DNA of 64,000 bases from Kudoa neothunni (Eukaryota; Animalia; Cnidaria). Below the pieces are notes generated by a model. That model worked only from the letters and a program-made list of their open reading frames with translations. It was not told where the DNA came from and did not search any database. The position numbers and the translations under genes were made by a program. The stretch spans positions 2,823,223-2,887,222 of the forward strand of contig OZ199839.1 of assembly GCA_964304625.1 (NCBI GenBank). Direction: 5' to 3'. Position 1 is the first letter of the stretch. Each line of letters begins with the position of its first letter. Below are positions 1-12,248 of this stretch, in pieces.

Positions 1-190
1 CCTCCTCTGTTAGATCAAATTGTAATTGCAAGTGAAATTACACTCATGTTCAACCGCATTCTAACAACTCCTATTAGGGGATAGAGATATACTCGTACGG
101 AAACAGTAGACTGATCAGTAGCGGGAATCGAGCCAAGTACCTCCGGATATTGAGTCCAGTCATCACATCGCTGAGCTATCTGTCCTCGAC
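1..190 (-). mobile_element. 5' part of a tRNA-headed SINE (same family as 43332-43803), cut by the window edge
   Basis: Reverse complement reads gaggacagatagctcagcg..ggactcaatatccggaggtac..tcgattcccgc..ctactgtttccgt. It is collinear with 43340-43430 (gaggtcagatag..ggactcaga..gaggtaat..ctactgcttccgt) and has tRNA-like A/B boxes. Confidence 0.7.
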
Positions 191-1073
191 TGCAGGTTGT
201 AGAGATATGAAAACAGTGTTGAAAAGGGAATAATAACCCGAAAAGGGTTAATACATATAACTTTTAGATAGGCTTTGTATTTTTAAAATTAAATTTATTT
301 TTTTGATCTTTAAATATCAGATTTTAATCACATTTTTAACGTTTATTTCTTCTGAATAGATTAGATTGGGGTGATATGTAATTTAACAACATAATGGAAA
401 TCGATAAATAGAAAGGTCCTGAAACTCCTAAAATAATGTTAATTCGGCTAAAAATTAAGTTGGTTGTTCAAATATATTCATCTTCAAAATGGCGGGAGAT
501 ATATCATTAAGAGATTATTCGACATAATATAAAATTGAGTTACTTATCAATTAAAACTCCTGTAAATAAATATTATTTTTTATTTATGATTATATTTAGT
601 TATCTACTGATCAAAAATTAATATAAGGAAATATTATCTTTTATTTATTATGTGTATTTTATTTTTTTTAATAACAGTTGAATTTTTGTTAAAGAATTAT
701 GTTGGAGTTTACATGAAGCATTCAACAAGAATTAAGTTCTAATTTATTATATAATAAGAAAACCGTTAAGCTACTTAGTAAATTAAGCATAATCAATTAC
801 ACAGAAAGATTGTAAAAGTTAGCGAAAATCATATTTTTAATGACTAACAATATTATATATTATTATAAATGAAGGTAATAGATTCCAATGAATGTTGTCC
901 ACATTGAGGACGTTTAAAAATTATATTTAATTTTTAATTTTCGGTTTCTATAACTATAAAATTACATTGATGGTTTCAAAATTAGAGTATAGAGAACAAC
1001 ACATGTGTAATAAAAGTTATGCTCTTACCATTTATAAAAAAAGTAGAGTTTACCTTTTGTATGAGGTTAAAAG

Positions 1074-4000
1074 TTGAACTTGATGAAATCTGCTTATGAT
1101 ATTTTTTGCAATGCAATCTGTTTGTTATTAGGAGAAATAAAATTATGTTTTATATATAGAGATCTTGAAAATCTTTACGCAATTAGAAGTGAGAATGTGG
1201 ACTCAAAATTGATACGAGTCCCACCGAAAAATGTAAAAAATCCCAATTTGACTTCAAATCTATCGTTATATTCAAACAACGAAGATTCTTTGCGACTAAA
1301 TGAAATAAAAGAAAATATGGGGTATTTATTTTTCTTAGTTGTTTTCTAGTTTAATGCTTTTTGTACGTAGTCTCTATGCATGTATGCTTTGTATGATGCT
1401 TGTTGGAGCTATTGGCGGAAAATGTTCAGATATAAGAAAAAAACTTAAAAGCTATTTTAGTAAAATTTAATTTGATGTGTAGAATTAAACTTCCTTATGC
1501 GAATCGTAGTCGTAATCGGTTCTCCAATTTAATCGTAGCGTTCCAAGTTCATAATTAGAGTTGATAATTTTCGACTTAAATATTTTTCCAAATCGACGGA
1601 TTTTGTCTTCCGATATAAAAAAATTCTTATTCTAATTTTATCTACTTGTATTTAAAAAAAAAGTCATAATAAACTAAAAATTGGGCCAAATATTTATTAA
1701 GTGTTTAAACGTGAGTGAGGGAATAAATATAAATTTTTTAATAGGTTTTAATTTATCTCATTAGATAAACAGCCTAGATCTATCATAAAATTCTGCGTAT
1801 GTCGCATAAGGAAGATTAAGGCTTAAAAAATTTTATTTTCACGCAACTAATTCAAATCCTACTCAAGTGCAAGATTTGAATGACGGAAAGTTATTAATTC
1901 AATTACTGTTGGATTGTTTGGTGTTTTTCTGCAATAAGTCTGTCTGTGAAATTCCTATAAAAAGGATCATCTTGCTTATTAGATTTATTTTGTTGGTAAC
2001 TATCTCTTCATTGGACATGACCATTAGACGTTTATGTGGATTTCTTTTAGATTATGGTTGGTACATGTTTGGAAGCAGATAGCAACCATGACAAATATCG
2101 TCAAAATGTTGGACTTGGTATGCGACAACACCGTCTAAATATGTCTAAGAAGACAGAAGATTCAACCAAATCTGCCGCCACTAATACAGCCATCGGCCAA
2201 CCATCAAAATTGAGGTAATAAACACTTCGCTTAAATAAATTAAAAATTATTGTCGGTATAGACTTGATGATTTTGTTGAGTACATGTCAAATGTTTACAT
2301 GAATCATTTTGGCATCGACATTGGCGACTTTCTGGAAGAGAATGATAAATGTGCTGTGTTTGACCTGCATACCAAAAATCTACCCCCAATACTCTACTCA
2401 TCCATCGAAAATGATAAAAAGGTACTGGATTTTGTAGTGTTAAATGGTGGTATTTTATAATGTGAATATTAAATAGAGAGTATTTGTTCCATTGTCTGAG
2501 ATACAGATCAAAGAGGAAAAGTTACGAACCAGATATCCATTGACACATAAAAAGTTGGAATTTGATTTTCTCAACCCCGCCGAAACTCTCTACCAAAAAC
2601 TTGTACCGTCGCTGAACAAATATGTTGTATGGGATCTGAGAGCTTAATAGCTGGATAATATTTTCGGTGGTAGGTAGCAATTTTGAAACTATTTCTCAGT
2701 TCCATACCTCATAAAACTACTGCATCTGAGCTGCCGATATTCAGCGAATTGGGATTTCGTAGTAGCGCTGATAGTACATCGAGTGGTGGAGCAAAAGATG
2801 ATCTTAATTTTGCTGCCTCTGGTATGCTGTACTCGATGAAAAAATCTGTGGATAGAGGGCGTCATCAAGTAAGAATAAATTATTTCCTAACATCCAATTT
2901 AACCGTCTGAGCGAATCCTTATTTATTAATCTACATCGCTTCAAATAGGGTGTGTATAACGCCATTTAGAGTAGTATTCGAAGTTTAGATGATAAATTTT
3001 CCTTCTATATTACATATAAATATTTAAATTAATTTAATATCAACAATATAATATTATAACGGGATTATCTTGTCAGTAAACTCTTTTCCGATACTTGATC
3101 ATATTTTTGATAAAAGACTATTTCAATCTTATATATTTATCTTTCAATAAATTGTTTTATCGAGTTATAAAGGTTAATTGAATCAAAAAATTCAGTTGTT
3201 ACTAAATAATAATCTAATATGGCACCAAACGTAATTAATTTGTTTTTAGAGAAACTTTCATTTTTTTTAAAAGTTTCTTATCTATTCGAAATTGTTTATT
3301 TTCGGAAGAATTGTTGTATAATTTTTCCAGAATACATTATCATGCTATTGTCAGGTGCTTTTGATAATATACGTTGTCTTCGTTTTCGGGCTTGCGGATG
3401 TAAGTAGCCGTAGCTAGATATCTTTACCAATCCTTATTTGATTCAAAACGAATTATGTGATAACATATCGAAAAGATATATACTTATTAGCTTATTTTAT
3501 ATTTATTCTCTTTACATTTTTTTCGATAAATCCATATAAGATAATACCAGCTAGTTAATAGTTCGATTCATAGCCTTCCTAAACTTTTAACAACTATTTA
3601 AACGAAGAATAAATTATCGCCAGGGCCGATGAATAAGTAATCGCTGCAAAGAACGACGAAATAAATATTGAGTTTTAGTGAAAAAACAGAGTTTAATTAT
3701 TTGCCACAACTTCTCCTCTTTAATTTTAGTTTTTTTATAAAAATTAATATTATTTTAAATATAAGTTGAAAATTTGTAGGATGAAAATTATAAAATATTA
3801 GTATTTATCATTTTCTTATATATATATATATATATATATATAACTTGAAATAAAAATCTGATCTTCCTTTTTTTATTGTCAGAAAAAATATATACTAATT
3901 AAATGAAGGTGTTACTCACCAAAAAATTGAATGGCACTGATTATTTGTATAAAATACACTTAATTAATCAAATGTAAATATCAAAAAATTATAATAAAAT

Positions 4001-5445
4001 TCAAATCGTCAGTAATACCTAATTGTCAATGTATCGATTATAAACTTAGAATTTGCTGATTTAAGAGTTTTGAAGGTATTCAGGAATCATCTCCGTTTTT
4101 TATTTCTATCGATTGATACAACCATAAAATTATATACAATGCTTTTTCTAATTCTTTTCTTGACTATTTTTTATACGCTTGGACAGTTATGTTATTTTGT
4201 CTCCTAATTTTATCAAGGAAATACTCTCAAAATCACTATCAACAATTTTACTACTTTTGCTGAAACATTTTAAAAGCAACAATTTCTATCAGGTATTAGG
4301 CCGCACGCTGTCATCAGTTTGATAGTGTGTTTTATTAACAACTATAATAACTGATTAGTTCGAAACTTTGTGCTATCATATGACTTGTGCCAATTTTATC
4401 CAACTCGCATGTAAATTTATGGGTTTGGGATTCCAAGATCTTGTTATCAACAGAACCAGGTATCTTACTTACATTATTATCATTATTAATTTTATAATTA
4501 TCTGGTCAATTTTTCGTGTAGTCTTGATGATTATGATTTTCCGTGGTCTTTGAAAGAAGAATCGTTGGAAACAACTGACAGAGAAATGGCAAAAGTAAAA
4601 GTCAATAAACAAGGGTCATTCTCCTATAAAACCACATTTGAACGTAAAAATAACTGGCGAATATTGCACACACTCACCAATGTGTTACGAATTCTACAAA
4701 AAATAACCAAATTCAAGTCCTCTAGAATAAAAGTAATATACATATGTGCTTACGATCAAAAATCTTGTTTATATGAGTTAACTAATTTGATACTAACAAT
4801 AACAATAATAGATGCTCATATATTATAAAACGTCTCTGTCGCTTCGTAAAATCATCAAGTTGAAATGTAGTATTGTATCGTTTTATTCTCTTAAAGTAAT
4901 CGATTCACAATTGATACAATGACTAATTCTGATTCGGGATTGGCTTTTGTAGTTACTGAAAAGTCAAGTGCCTTTCCTTGGAAAAATTTGGTGTAAAGGA
5001 AATTGGAAACTATTCACTCTTATCTATTTTCTCACTAATATGTGTATCCATGAGGATTGGGTAAATGCTAATAACAAAAGTATGAATTATCGATTTACTT
5101 AATTGTATTTCTATTTTGATCTAAATAGGTATCATGGGTCAAGATGTTAAGGAAGTAGCCACGTTGGGCATAAAAAATCCCGCTGAACGTGAACTTAAAA
5201 TGATGCTCGACACCTACAATCAACAGTATCTAAATCCATCCAACGAATCCCTTCTTATGGAAGAGTTGTTCAGCAGCAAGGTGTTAACCACCTCCGACCC
5301 AGTTGATGACCCCCAGTTTGAGGAATATTTAGAAAATGAGTTTCCAAATGTCGCAATGAAATGGGCTCAGGAAAACGTCTTTGATAATCGCCAATTTTGG
5401 CAACTTTACAAAAATTTTATGATTGTCAATGACAAAGAATCATAA
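1074..5445 (+). CDS. STRIP1: Striatin-interacting protein (STRIP1/2, FAM40/Far11; STRIPAK subunit), multi-exon; 5' end approximate
   Basis: Spliced exons give PIKRIILLIRFILL, LPPILYSSIE..VPLSEIQ, PAETLYQKLVPSLNKYV|VAILKLFL, SMKKSVDRGRHQ|EILSKSLSTILLLLLKHFKSNNFYQ|FETL, WRILHTLTNVLRILQKITKFKSSRIKML, LLKSQVPFLGKIW..EDW and KWAQENVF. These match the N1221 and DUF3402 motifs of STRIP proteins in order. One ~1.35 kb intron (2869-4217). Confidence 0.9.
3816..3842. repeat. (TA)n microsatellite; similar runs near 29590-29608 and 41080-41105
   Basis: Seen directly in the sequence. Confidence 0.9.
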
Positions 5446-5977
5446 TTGATTGCCACCAATATTCTCGCCCTATGGTGACAATTTTGTTTTATTTCTGATA
5501 TCTGATAACTCTTATTTTTATAATTATTTTTCTTGTTGTGATTTTAATGCTTTATTTATTTTTTTATTTTATAAAATGCATTACATGCGAATTTTTCGCT
5601 TTCCATTATTTAAATAATTACATTAAAACCTCATGGTTCTCTTCTCGGTTATTTAAGAAGAGCGATATATGGTCAAAAACTAAGTAGCGCCTGCTATTTT
5701 GTCATTGGTTCAAGCCTAAGTAAAAATATTTCATATTTTAGTTTTTAGGTTTATAAATTAATAAGTGGCGAATTTAAATTTATTTTTGTGTACACAATTT
5801 TCGATTTATTTAAGTAATTTTTTTTTGTTATTTAAAAATAAAAAAATTTAAAACTTGGTTTCAAAATTATGAAAGTGACTATTTTATTTGTAAGAAATAT
5901 TCGTGTGTCATTATTTTTGATAATATTTAATTAAGAACAACCAAAGAACGAAGCGGAGTATCAGGAATGGTTAAATA

Positions 5978-7047
5978 CAGTCGACATTGGATATTGCGTG
6001 GGCGTCATACAATAAAATACGATTTTCTTGTGCTTACGTTCGATGATTACTCCTACAAACAAACTTTATTAAAACACAGATAACATAGAATTCAGTTAAG
6101 GAAGAGTTATTAAATTCTGTCAAAAAATCTTGTGATTTTTGTATGTCGGAATCTTGTTATGGATATTTTGTCCCTTATATTCCGACTTCATCCTTTAAAA
6201 CATAACTAATGTTTTGTAACTACTCGCAAAAGAAGGAAAGTTTCATCAATGTTTATAATGTCTTTAGGACTATATGCCTTAACCCAATTAGTATTTTCAA
6301 TAGTCCATGAGTCAATTGATGAAATATCTGTATTCGCAGCCTCACTATGAAACATTTTGAAAGCTATCCCATATTTTGACGTGGATTCTGAAAACCACCC
6401 TTAACTAGACTTCAAATTTGAAATTTCTCGTTTATTTGTAATTTATAAAGCAACTTTGATAATAACACATCTCAGCAGAACATTATCATTCGACCATTGT
6501 TTAATCATCCAATCATACAGTTCACCATCTATATTTTTAATTTGCCTGAAAAATGTGCCCTCCGTTTAGTTGAAATATCCGTATTTTTGAATTTATCTTC
6601 GTTAAAGAATTCTATAAATTTTTAAATGACCTTAAACGTGACAATGTTTAAATATTCAAAATAGATCACCACATCACTCAACTAAAACTTAGAAATTGTC
6701 ATTTTTTCGGCAACTTTTAATATTTTTATCGAATTATAATAATCAATGATTTCTCTCCTCTCTTAATTATTACATTTTTAACGAGAAATAATTAATAAAA
6801 CACTCCTATTTGTAAATAAATGGGTTACTAAAATCGCGACGTGTCTAATAACTACGCAATAAAGGGTTTCCAAGCAATAAGGAGACTTTATATATAAGTA
6901 AAAAAATTTCTTATTTTTTAATGTTAACAATGTTATAAAATGATAAAACAATAACAATACAAAAAAACTAGGTTTCTCTCTAAAAAGAATAACGTCGAAA
7001 TTTTGGAATTATGCAATATCCAGTCACGCAGTATCCAATCTCGACTG
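5978..7047 (-). mobile_element. Degenerate pogo/Tigger (Tc1/mariner) DNA transposon
   Basis: 23-bp TIRs (cagtcgacattggatattgcgtg / cacgcagtatccaatctcgactg, 2 mismatches), each flanked by TA. The minus strand at ~6130-6600 encodes a stop-riddled CENP-B-HTH/DDE start: IDGELYDW..SS*GWF..YGI..SEAA..YSPKDIINIDET. Confidence 0.85.
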
Positions 7048-7049
7048 TA

Positions 7050-9230
7050 TGTATTTGATGGAACCAATAATTAAATTTATCTAATTTCTGTAATCTCTGT
7101 TCAATTTCCAACTTAAACTACTTTGATACAAGCCGTATCAATACTCAAAAATTTTTTTTATCCTCGTACAAGATTTGAAGAGATACATAATACAGAGCGT
7201 TAAAATGAATAACTTGATCAATTTTAGGTAGTCTACACGTTATTATGTTAAATAAAACCATCACTCTGATCTAACCAATTGTACATTCTATATTCTGCGG
7301 AAAGTTATTCAAATGGAATAAAATGAGGTCGGAGGAGTGTTAATGGAAGAACGGCTTCGGATAAGATTTTTGAGGAACCAACTTAAATTGTAAAGGAAGT
7401 AGACAGTAAACAACACCATAACCAAAGTGCAGAGAGCTGATGAAATTTTGAGCCAAATTGGATCAATAGCTATAAAGAAGAATTGGGATCTCTAGCCCAA
7501 CATTAAAATGGATACCTTTATCGATCCAAAGTTTTGACCAAATATTGTTTTTGTTCAATCTGTAAATATTGTAAATAAATTTGTCAAAAACTACCAATAA
7601 ATATTATTTCGTATCATAACAATAATATAACAAATTTTCACCATAAGAATCCGATTTTGTATAATTTAGTATGTTATTTTTCTAAATTTGTTTCAATTAT
7701 TAGTTTATCAATAATAAATAAAATCTAGAATACCTTATGAATAAGGTCGGACAAATACAAGCTATACACCAAATGGAAACTACTATTTTTAGATTTTTCA
7801 TCGAAGAAATACAATAAAACTAGAGTGAACTACTTTGGATATTCTCTCCAATCCCATCCTAGAGTAGATAATCCTGTCTTATCATAGCTGATAGTTTTGT
7901 ATCGATAACTTCCATTTCGTTTATAATGTGATAACAAAAACCTACATTTCAAGCTTATCAATATGCGAATAAGTTAGCTGGAATTTACATTATTTTGATG
8001 GTTGGAGAATTGGTTCATAATGTTTATAAGTTCTAGAATGAATTAATTAATTTTATAGCGACTTTTATCATAAATTAGAAATTACCCGGTGGTTTGAATG
8101 AAGCGATCAAATTCATTGAAACAGCTAAAACTTATTGTATAAGCCATAAATGTTGTAGGAAGAATATTTTATGCTTTTTGGGAGTTTTATATTGTAATAC
8201 ACTTATCCGTCAATATATCTGATTGGTTAATAATTATACGGTGACCAATAGCCAGGCATGGGTTATATATGATGGGCGATGAAAACTTGTGTTGCTATTT
8301 ATAAAATTACCAATTAGAACATTAAATGAATAAGATCACTTCAATCAGATAAGCAACTGAATTGTCTTGCAATAGTTTCATAACCATAACACCCCTGCAC
8401 ATTTGCAGAATTAGCATCAAAGGATGAAGGGGATTTATCACCCCAGTACACCACTATTCTATACGGGATCCATGTAAAATAATGTGGTATTTTCTATGGT
8501 GATTTAAATATTGTGATAACACGATAAAAATGTAACTTTTAATGTGTAAAGATTTTGGTGATTTGGAAGAGCCATTATTGGTATATGATTCGAGAATCCA
8601 TTGAAGAAGTGAATTTTTTTTCCTCATCGTAGCTAATCTTGATCACTTCATACTTTTCATCTTGATAGAGGTCTATGTGGGAAAATTTTTGAGCTAAATT
8701 TTAGATATTAAATAGGCTAGAACTGACCGAAAACTTACTTGTTTACGTGTGAGTCTGGCGCTAATATCAAAACATGTTGATATTTCGGATATAAATTTTT
8801 TCCCAACACCAAGATATTCAGCAAAGTAATTCAAACAGTTTTCAATAGTGTTATCTGTGGAATAAAATAATGAAGCAAATTTAATGACAACTGGAAAGAA
8901 TCATTACTGCTCGGGCAAAGTATACTATTGGTTTTGTTGTAGTAGTTGATAGTTTCGCTGGCTTTAAGCCAAAGTTCCATAAGTAATCATATTTTTCAAT
9001 AAAAACAATAAGAATGTCCTTAACATTTTTATTAGCTGCGGCAAATAGGAGATAAAACTGCGGATTTATATATATTTTGAGCTTGTTTGTTGAGTTATAA
9101 TAGTTATACATTGTGTCAAGACAATTAAATGTTGCGATATATCCAATCATAGTTCCTCCCACTTAGACACTTAGATTGTTGACCGCAATCAAAGTGGACC
9201 GATCCGATATATTCAGTTTATCCATATGAT
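7050..9230 (-). pseudogene. Intron-containing pseudogene with a PARP6/8/16-type mono-ADP-ribosyltransferase catalytic region
   Basis: Exon-like blocks read SLLQWILES, YHIILHGSRIE*W, SVAYL and CLAIGHRII, in the order of the PARP6/8/16 motifs LLQWII, FHGSxxENW, SxxYS and CIALCEVI. There are several in-frame stops (e.g. TAG at 8454-8456) and frame breaks. Confidence 0.5.
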
Positions 9231-10239
9231 GGTTGGTTAAACTGGCTGGAAACTCACTCTCTAATCCTATTTATGTGTTATTTACTTTAAAATATAAATG
9301 AACAACATTTTTTAAATAAAATACTATCTAACTTTGTATAAAACTTTTTTATATTTTAAACAATTATTATTAGAAGTTGTTTTATGGTAGAAAAACATTA
9401 AAAACCAAATAAGTAGAAAATGGATTTAAAGGTTTTAACTCGGACGGATTTGAAAAAGAGGTCATTTAGCAAGTATTCGCTAGGTTAATACAGGTTCAAA
9501 TGCCGACCTCACACATCTTGTATAAAATTTTTTTATTAGTTGATATATGTAAATAAAATAATTATGTTGGGTCATCTTTGAGGTTATCGATTTTTACGAT
9601 TAAATGAAGAAATTAACAAATGAAATAGCAATTAATTCTTTTTATTGAATATCAGCGATATTTGCACCAACACATGAAATGAATGAAACCTTATGAATTT
9701 TAAATTGTTATTTTTAGTAAATCAGGCCAATGGTGATAAAGCTAGTTCCCATGTAATATAAAGGTTAAAATATCCAACAATAGGATCTTATCGAGTAAAG
9801 GGTCATTTTCTGGTTAAATTAAGCCACAATCCATCTAATATGCAAGTAAGCTTATCATAACTTAAGATTTTCGAAATCTAAAATATATTGTCAGCAATTT
9901 CTATTGCGCATTCTTTTGATCGTTTGAAAAACGATATCAATTGTAAAATGCGCCATTTCCAATTGATATCGCGTGCGAATCTATATAAAAACATGGATAA
10001 TTGAGGTGCTGTTATAGCGATTGAATTTTAAATAATCAACTTTTAATCTTCATTAAACAATTTATTTTTACCCTCTGAGTAGTTGGAAATTTTCCACCTT
10101 CCAAATAAAAATGGTTTAGAGAACTACCACATATTTTTCTTTTAAAAAATTATTCAAAATATCGATAAGTATAATTTTTAATAAATTATATCGAGTAAAT
10201 GTTGAATAAATAACCAAAAACAATATATACGACTTTCAC

Positions 10240-11369
10240 GCACATCACGATGTAAGCGTGTCATCCTCTCCGGAATACAGCGCTAAACCCTTGGACTCTG
10301 ATGGCTCTTATACTGATTACTAGGGTTGTCCCGATACCGATGCCAACTTTGGAGCAGTACTTGGTACTCGCCAAAGGGTACCGATACCAATAAAATTTCT
10401 TTTTCAAAAAACCAGTATATAATGAAGAATCGTGTGTGAAATGACATTAAAATATATCAAGGTATCTTTAAATTGACTCTTTAAAATTATTCTTACATTT
10501 TTATAAGTCTTTATGCATTTCACCATTGAATAATAGAAAAAACTTATTAGGTTTGCAGTCTTCATTGGGCCTGTCAATAACATATCAGGTAACGGTGAAG
10601 TATGCGGCCCCTAAAAAACGTCCCCTTTCGCATGTTTTTCGCGATTTTTTATAATAAAATAAAAGAATATGATGAGAAAAAATTCAACTCAAAATAATAA
10701 TTTTAAAATTTTAAGAATTTTTTATCTGACCACGCTCGGATACACATGTAACCTCCACCTTATTTCAACAAACATTGAATTGATCTCTAATTTGTTTTGA
10801 TAATCGTTCATAAATTGGTTCAATTCCATATTTTTTAATGTATTAACCCAAATTTTACAATATAACGTTTAATTATCCAGGTTTTTATAGACTTTAAGCA
10901 TGAATAATTTTAAAGCGAGAAGACAATCACGTGCTCTCAAAATATATTTTATTAATTTTCTTATTTTCGTACATAAATAACATTAAAAACCATGTTTTAT
11001 AATTGTTTTAAAAAAATAATCCCTGTTTGTTAGCATTCGTGTTTTCTACGAAGTATTACATCCCGTTGTTTGAAATAAGACAAATTAACCTAAAATAGTC
11101 ATATTAGTTTAATTATTTGTTCAAATTAAAAAAATACATAAATAAACTAATAAATACAATCAAACCCCAAAGAAACATGAATGTGCGCTGCGCATGCGTA
11201 CAAGATAGCCTTTATCATTTATTCCAAATTCACTCGATGAATATTTCTCATATCTTATTAGTTTATGCTTATTTAATTCAAGACAATTTTATGAAATAAA
11301 AACGAGGAGCATATTTCTACCCCATTTTTATTCGGAGGGTGTAAATTTTTCAGCTACTTAGGGGTTTAA
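10240..11369 (-). mobile_element. Non-autonomous piggyBac-like repeat, copy 1 (contains a hAT-like end tagggttgtcccgataccgat at ~10321)
   Basis: The end gagggtgtaaatttttcagctacttaggggtttaa and internal blocks are shared with 15710-16250 and, inverted, with 26069-26520. Confidence 0.6.
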
Positions 11370-11401
11370 TTAAATAGGGTTGGTGCCTCTAAACAAGAAT
11401 T

Positions 11402-12120
11402 CTACTGGAGAGATTTTACTAAGATGCCAATTAGAAAGACGCCGTAATATTTTCTTGAATATTCAAAAAAATTTATAGAACGATTAATGTGATTTGAGCC
11501 AAAATATCCGAAAATGTGCAGATAATGCGAGGGGTTCGCTATCATTTTGTTGTTTTTAGGTTTTATCCCTTTTCGCAAGTAGAGTAGATTTGCATCGATT
11601 TGCTCAGATCTTATAAAACTACACTTAGCATGCATAAATAGAAAGAATATTTAAAGCTATAAAATTCGCAATAGAAGATAGAGACTAATTTTATTTTTAT
11701 CATTTTTAGTGAATTTTTTAAATTTTAAGGTATATTGTATCATTAAGCCCATATGAATAATAAACAAAAATTTTCATCTATATTATTTTTTAATCCGATA
11801 GAAGACAACAGTGACGAGTTATTTGTTATATCGTTGTATTTGGCATTCTTAATCAAATTTACGTTTTTAGGAAGAAAAAATATGACACCATAAACCCCTG
11901 ACAAGTCACCAATCAACCGATGCTCCGCATCAAAAATATCGGAAATGCTACTAAGATTTGATTTAAAAATTATGTGCATTATTTTCGGTTGTATTCTTAG
12001 TTTGCTTTTATTTTTAATAAAATTTACAATTAACAGGAAAATAATTATTTATGATTTTAATCGTTTGTTTTTCTATCGCTTCATTTCGATTAAGCTTGTT
12101 GGCAACTTGATTATGAATCA
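11402..12120 (-). other. Possible degenerate or hypothetical coding fragments
   Basis: Two adjacent minus-strand ORFs (11402-11635, 11743-11979) have coding-like composition, but no family is recognised and no coherent splice model was found. Confidence 0.2.
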
Positions 12121-12248
12121 CTCTAAAGATATAAGGAATTTTTTAAAATGTTAGCGAAATAATTGTTACATCCAATTAAAAAGAAAAAGAAAATAAAGTT
12201 GATAATTAAAGGTTGTTTTATTATTTTGTGTAACATTTAAATATATAA

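Noticed and set aside
115-190. Functional tRNA genes (also ~36460-36520 and ~43340-43410)
   Set aside because: Acceptor stems and boxes are degenerate and run into SINE bodies; the two complete copies have tails and TSDs.
1867-1930. DLNDGKLLIQLL as a calponin-homology domain
   Set aside because: The exon continues into PIKRIILL and splices into clear STRIP motifs, so it is part of the N1221 domain.
2710-2980. Minus-strand open frames (DFFIEYSIPE..; FEYYSKWRYTHPI, poly(A)-polymerase-like)
   Set aside because: The first is antisense to a well-supported STRIP exon and the second is a short chance match in an intron.
8454-8456. Stop-codon reassignment or readthrough in the PARP-like motif
   Set aside because: The locus has both TAG and TGA stops plus frame breaks, and the intact genes here show no in-frame TAG and end at TAA or TGA. 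Pseudogenisation is simpler.
9700-10020. Coding-like minus-strand block
   Set aside because: It has stops in all frames and no recognisable motif, so no call can be supported.
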